Shown: positions 7,384 to 8,136 of the stretch, in pieces
Layout: each line of letters opens with the position of its first letter
How positions within the stretch are numbered: position 1 is the stretch's first letter
Source: Myxococcales bacterium
GTDB lineage: Bacteria > Myxococcota_A > Polyangia > Haliangiales > Haliangiaceae
DNA length: 8,136 nt
Reading direction: 5' to 3'
Assembly (NCBI GenBank): GCA_011526095.1
Contig: WYBA01000147.1
Location: forward strand, 1 to 8,136
Made by a program: the position numbers and the translations under genes
Notes under the pieces: model-generated
What the model was told of the DNA's origin: nothing
What the model saw: only the letters and a program-made list of their open reading frames with translations
The model's database searches: none

Positions 7384-8136
7384 TCAGCCGTCGCCGCTCG
7401 CGAGCTGGTGCCGCCGCGGCGCCAGCGGCACCAGCATCGCGGCCATCCGCGCCGGGGCGCGCACGCCGAGCGCGGCGAGCGACGACGCCGCCTCGTCGAG
7501 GATCGCCTCGTCGCCGCGGAGCTCGCCGAGGCGGTGGCGCGCCGCCGCGGCCAGGGCGCGCAGCCCGAGCGTCCCGGCCTCGGCCGCGACCGCCTCGAGC
7601 GCCGGCGCCGCCGCCGGGCCCGCGATCCCGGCGCGCAGGGCCATCGCCCAGCACCGGGCCGCCGGCGTGCCCGCCGCGACCAGGCGCTTCGCCAGCCGCG
7701 CAGCCAGCCGCACGTCGCCGTCGGCGACCGCGAGCCGCCCGCGGACGAAGTCGTACTGCGCGCGGATGCTGTGGACCCGGAGCAGCAGCGACCGCTCCAG
7801 CCGCTCGACCCCCTCGGCGAGAGCGGCGCGGTGCTCGGGCGCGCCGGTGTAGAGCGCGATCTCGGACCGCCCGACCAGCTCGTGGAAGTGCTGGACGTGG
7901 AACTTCGCGGTCGCGGGCATCCACGAGGCGCGCGCCAGATCGTGGAGCGCGCCCTCGGGATCGTCCTCGGCGAGCCACATCGGCGTGCACACCCGCCGCA
8001 TCGTCGAGCCGACGTACTGATCGCCGCGCTGCTGCGCCTCGAGCTCGAACCGGTCGTAGCGCTCGCGCATGTGGGCGTAGTCGCCGACGAACCGCAGCGT
8101 GAACAGCGTGAACAGCTTGATCGACGCCAGCTCCCA
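7384..8136 (-). CDS. C-terminal ~250 aa of a larger all-alpha (TPR-like/helical repeat) protein; N-terminus outside the window
   Basis: Stop TGA at 7384-7386. The ORF track starts at ATG 8070. I translated the same frame from 8136 down to 8071 as WELASIKLFTLFTLRFVGDYAH with no stop, so the gene most likely continues beyond the window. The sequence is helix-rich with repeated Ala/Leu/Arg hairpin patterns (HFHELVGRSEIALYTG, LLLRVHSIRAQYDFVRGRLAVADGD, ARLAKRLVAAGTPAARCWAMALRAG). Regions like this often follow kinase or NTPase domains in large myxobacterial regulators, but that domain is not visible here. Confidence 0.7.
   Translation of the reverse strand, partial: WELASIKLFTLFTLRFVGDYAHMRERYDRFELEAQQRGDQYVGSTMRRVCTPMWLAEDDPEGALHDLARASWMPATAKFHVQHFHELVGRSEIALYTGAPEHRAALAEGVERLERSLLLRVHSIRAQYDFVRGRLAVADGDVRLAARLAKRLVAAGTPAARCWAMALRAGIAGPAAAPALEAVAAEAGTLGLRALAAAARHRLGELRGDEAILDEAASSLAALGVRAPARMAAMLVPLAPRRHQLASGDG

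Noticed and set aside
6959-8102. + strand ORFs 6959-7852 and 7200-8102, and - strand ORF 7364-7990
   Set aside because: All are Arg/Pro/Ala-rich alternative frames of the two - strand genes, whose own frames show balanced, helix-forming composition.

Overview
This is very GC-rich bacterial DNA, roughly 70-75% GC by eye. Third codon positions are almost all G/C, so every frame carries long Arg/Ala/Pro/Gly-rich artefact ORFs. The gene content (CHASE-linked Ser/Thr kinase, Pro-rich/TPR proteins) suggests a Myxococcota-like genome, but that is inference. I support seven coding regions. On the + strand: (1) the 3' end of a Pro-rich/TPR-like protein (1-570); (2) a tightly coupled secreted beta-helix-like repeat protein (577-1749); (3) a membrane receptor Ser/Thr kinase with a periplasmic CHASE-type sensor (1777-3876); (4) after a 231-nt structured intergenic region, an 808-aa protein (4108-6534). 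I recognise this last protein end to end as a homologue of the eukaryotic major vault protein (MVP). It has N-terminal vault repeats, an SPFH-like shoulder, a long Ala/Arg/Glu-rich cap helix and a C-terminal cap-ring-like tail. Converging on it from the - strand are (5) the 3' part of a large all-helical protein (7384-8136, open to the window edge), (6) a 157-aa protein of unknown function (6815-7288) and (7) a 76-aa beta-rich protein of unknown function (6560-6790). I found no tRNA, rRNA, CRISPR array, transposase or integrase. The main finding is the complete MVP-like gene with native codon usage in a bacterial neighbourhood, a candidate bacterial vault-like nanocompartment. Its flanking genes and its repeat-containing leader are the obvious places to look for partners. 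All homology statements come from reading the translations against remembered family signatures, not from a database search.
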